This document shows, piece by piece, positions 61,271-64,000 of a stretch of DNA of 64,000 nt (the stretch's first letter is position 1; each line of letters begins with the position of its first letter). The notes under the pieces are model-generated. The model was not told the origin of the DNA, made no database searches, and worked only from the letters and a program-made list of their open reading frames with translations. Source of the DNA: the human T2T-CHM13v2.0 reference genome, Homo sapiens; assembly GCF_009914755.1 (NCBI RefSeq), contig NC_060928.1, one strand, 5' to 3'. Position numbers and translations under genes: made by a program.

Positions 61271-62704
61271 TTTTATTTTTGTTGTGTTGACCTTATTGAT
61301 ATTTTCTGCTAACTTGAGAATAATTAAAGATGAAAAAGGAAAATCTCAGGGATTATTACAATTTCAACATAACCATGGTTTTCTAATCTCCTTTGCTTCT
61401 TCACAGAGAAAAAAATATTTGCTTTTAGATGGTAGATCTTAGGTACCATGGAAACAAGAGTTGAAAAGGCTTCAAGTAAATAGAAAGCAAACAGCTGAGC
61501 CTGAGTTCTTCTTAAAAATGTAACCACAAAATATTGAGTAGATCATGATTTCTATGGAATTTTGAAGGCAACATAGGTATGTATTACTATATTACCAAAT
61601 CAAGAACTTTCAAATATTGAAAATTTCTGAATCATTTATTATAAGCTGCTTTCCACTTTTCTGTTTCTTATATTGCATACATGTAAGAAATGCAACTGTG
61701 GTTTAAATGATGGAAAGGCAAAGAGTAATGGTAATGAATGATCTTCAATCAGTATATTTTGTTATGATCAATGGATAGATATACTCAGTGAGTAGAAATA
61801 ATTATTTGCTTCCTATTTAATGATTTCATAATTTAAAATAAAATTTTATGAGTTGGAGAATAAATTTTTGTTTAAGTTTTATTGTCTTGCAGGTTTTTAA
61901 TATGAAGTTACCTTTGATAGATATTTTATTGAATGTAGTCAATTTTTCTTAGTCTCAAGGTAATGTAGCTTGTCACTAAATATCCTTCTAAATATGATTA
62001 TAAGTCAGAGGTATGTATAAAAGCAACTTGTTTGCAATGTCTTTTCTCTGTCTTATCATAGGATAACCAGGTTTGATTTTTTCAAATACTAAGAAAATTT
62101 ACCTGATTTGAAATACGTTTCAAGACTTAATGTATTCTAACATTTCTTGCTATTAAGAACCACTAAGTCCCCAACAATACTACAGTCAGACTCCAGTTGA
62201 GAACCAAAGTTGCAGGGTGGATCTAGCTTCAGGGAAAACCCCCCAACCTCCACCCCTAAAAAAACAAATGCCTTTATTTCAATTGCATTCACAATATTTC
62301 TGATCTCACAGGAAAGCAAAAAGCTTTAACGTAAAAAGCCTACAAATTTCTCCACCAATATTTGTCCATATTGGGGATTTATGATAGCAGGCAAAGAGAG
62401 GCAATAAAGTGGTATGGGCTTTTTTTCAGGTTTCATTATTTATTATGAAAATAACACATTCACAGGATTGAAAAAAACTCAAACAATAAAAGTCCCTTTA
62501 TCACCCCAGACTCTGAGCTGTCAACTGCTTGTTATATGTTTCTCCAGAAAAATTCCAATGCACATACAAATATACATGCATCCTCTTTCTTTATACATGG
62601 AAGCATATCACACACAGTGTTCTCTACTTTGGCTTTCATTCTAAATTTTATCTCAGAGAGTTTTCTATAGCTTCATATCTGGAGCAACCTCATTGTTTTA
62701 AAAT

Positions 62705-64000
62705 GTATTAGGGCCTCTTCCCCTGTAGCCCCAGTGATATGGGGCAGTATAACTTCTGACTGCATGACTTTGGAGAGGAGCCTGGCCGCAGATGGCCGGG
62801 CTTCACAGAAAGATCACCTTCTTCCCATACCATCCTCCTTCCAGCTCCCCTTCTGCTGAGAGCCACTTCTGCCACTTAATAAAATCCTCTACATTCATAA
62901 ACTGTTCCTGTGACCTGATTCTTCCTTAATGATGAAAAAGAATTCAGGACACACTGGGTGCAGGAACCCAAAAAGTCTGTCACACTGACTCTTCACGGAG
63001 CTGTTAACATTTAAGCCATCCGTGGAGGCAAAGCTAAAATAGCATTGTTTATAACATGTGCCCTCTGGGGCTCCAGAGCTCTGTCACAGGCAACTTCTTT
63101 TTTTTTTTTTTTTTTTTTTTAATTTTTTTTTTTTTTATTATACTTTAAGTTTTAGGGTACATGTGCACATTGTGCAGGTTAGTTACATATGTATACATGT
63201 GCCATGCTGGTGCGCTGCACCCACTAACGTGTCATCTAGCATTAGGTATATCTCCCAATGCTATCCCTCCCCCCTCCCCCGACCCCACCACAGTCCCCAG
63301 AGTGTGATATTCCCCTTCCTGTGTCCATGTGATCTCATTGTTCAATTCCCACCTATGCGTGAGAATATGCGGTGTTTGGTTTTTTGTTCTTGCGATAGTT
63401 TACTGAGAATGATGGTTTCCAATTTCATCCATGTCCCTACAAAGGACATGAACTCATCATTTTTTATGACTGCATAGTATTCCATGGTGTATATGTGCCA
63501 CATTTTCTTAATCCAGTCTATCATTGTTGGACATTTGGGTTGGTTCCAAGTCTTTGCTATTGTGAATAATGCCTCAATAAACATACGTGTGCATGTGTCT
63601 TTATAGCAGCATGATTTATAGTCCTTTGGGTATATACCCAGTAATGGGATGGCTGGGTCAAATGGTATTTCTAGTTCTAGATCCCTGAGGAATCGCCACA
63701 CTGACTTCCACAATGGTTGAACTAGTTGACAGTCCCACCAACAGTGTAAAAGTGTTCCTATTTCTCCACATCCTCTCCAGCACCTGTTGTTTCCTGACTT
63801 TTTAATGATTGCCATTCTAACTGGTGTGAGATGATATCTCATAGTGGTTTTGATTTATGATACCAAAGCCGGGCAGAGACACAACCAAAAAAGAAAATTT
63901 TAGGCAACTTCTACTCACTGCTGCAGGCTGGTAAAGGGTTCCTTCCTGCTGGAGCCCAAAGGCACTCGCCCCAGCTCCTGCACCCCCTCACCTGCATGCT
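62705..64000 (+). mobile_element. ERV1 MER4-group LTR (MER50-like), split by an L1 and running off the window
   Basis: aagatcaccttc...ccagctcccc...ctgagagccacttc...ttaataaaatcct...ttaagccatcc...ggcaaagctaaaa, resuming after the L1 with ...ggcactcgccccagctcctgcacc. Confidence 0.65.
63099..63901 (-). mobile_element. L1HS pre-Ta (ACG/A type), 5'-truncated with 5' inversion
   Basis: Intact ORF2 C-terminus (ORF 63342-63842). 3' UTR reads gatgacACGttagtggg and cttaAagtataat. Poly-A present. TSD aggcaacttct at 63088-63098 and 63902-63912. Segment 63858-63903 is L1 ORF2 in the opposite orientation. Confidence 0.93.

Noticed and set aside
63342-63842. 166-aa ORF as a host gene or active L1
   Set aside because: It is the C-terminus of L1 ORF2 in a 5'-truncated copy with no promoter, ORF1, endonuclease or RT.

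Overview
This window is human intronic DNA from the netrin-1 receptor gene UNC5C, transcribed on the minus strand. Human origin is supported by a human-specific pre-Ta L1 and by young AluY/AluYd copies. Two coding exons are visible: 36666-36809 (144 nt, end of Ig domain 1) and 13315-13418 (104 nt, start of Ig domain 2). Both have canonical AG/GT boundaries and join in frame across a 23.2-kb intron. The rest is AT-rich intron packed with Alu, L1, L2, MIR, MaLR/ERV LTRs and hAT (MER) elements. Apart from the exon-3 ORF and L1 ORF2 remnants, the ORF track is Alu-derived or chance. I see no new gene system. The most unusual signals are (i) several short, locally templated duplications of non-repeat DNA, two with fold-back palindromes exactly at the junction, and (ii) a pre-Ta L1 with a twin-priming 5' inversion and an 11-bp TSD, in gene-sense orientation. 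Inverted Alu pairs also bracket each exon. Repeat subfamily names and the boundaries of old repeats were judged by eye and are approximate.
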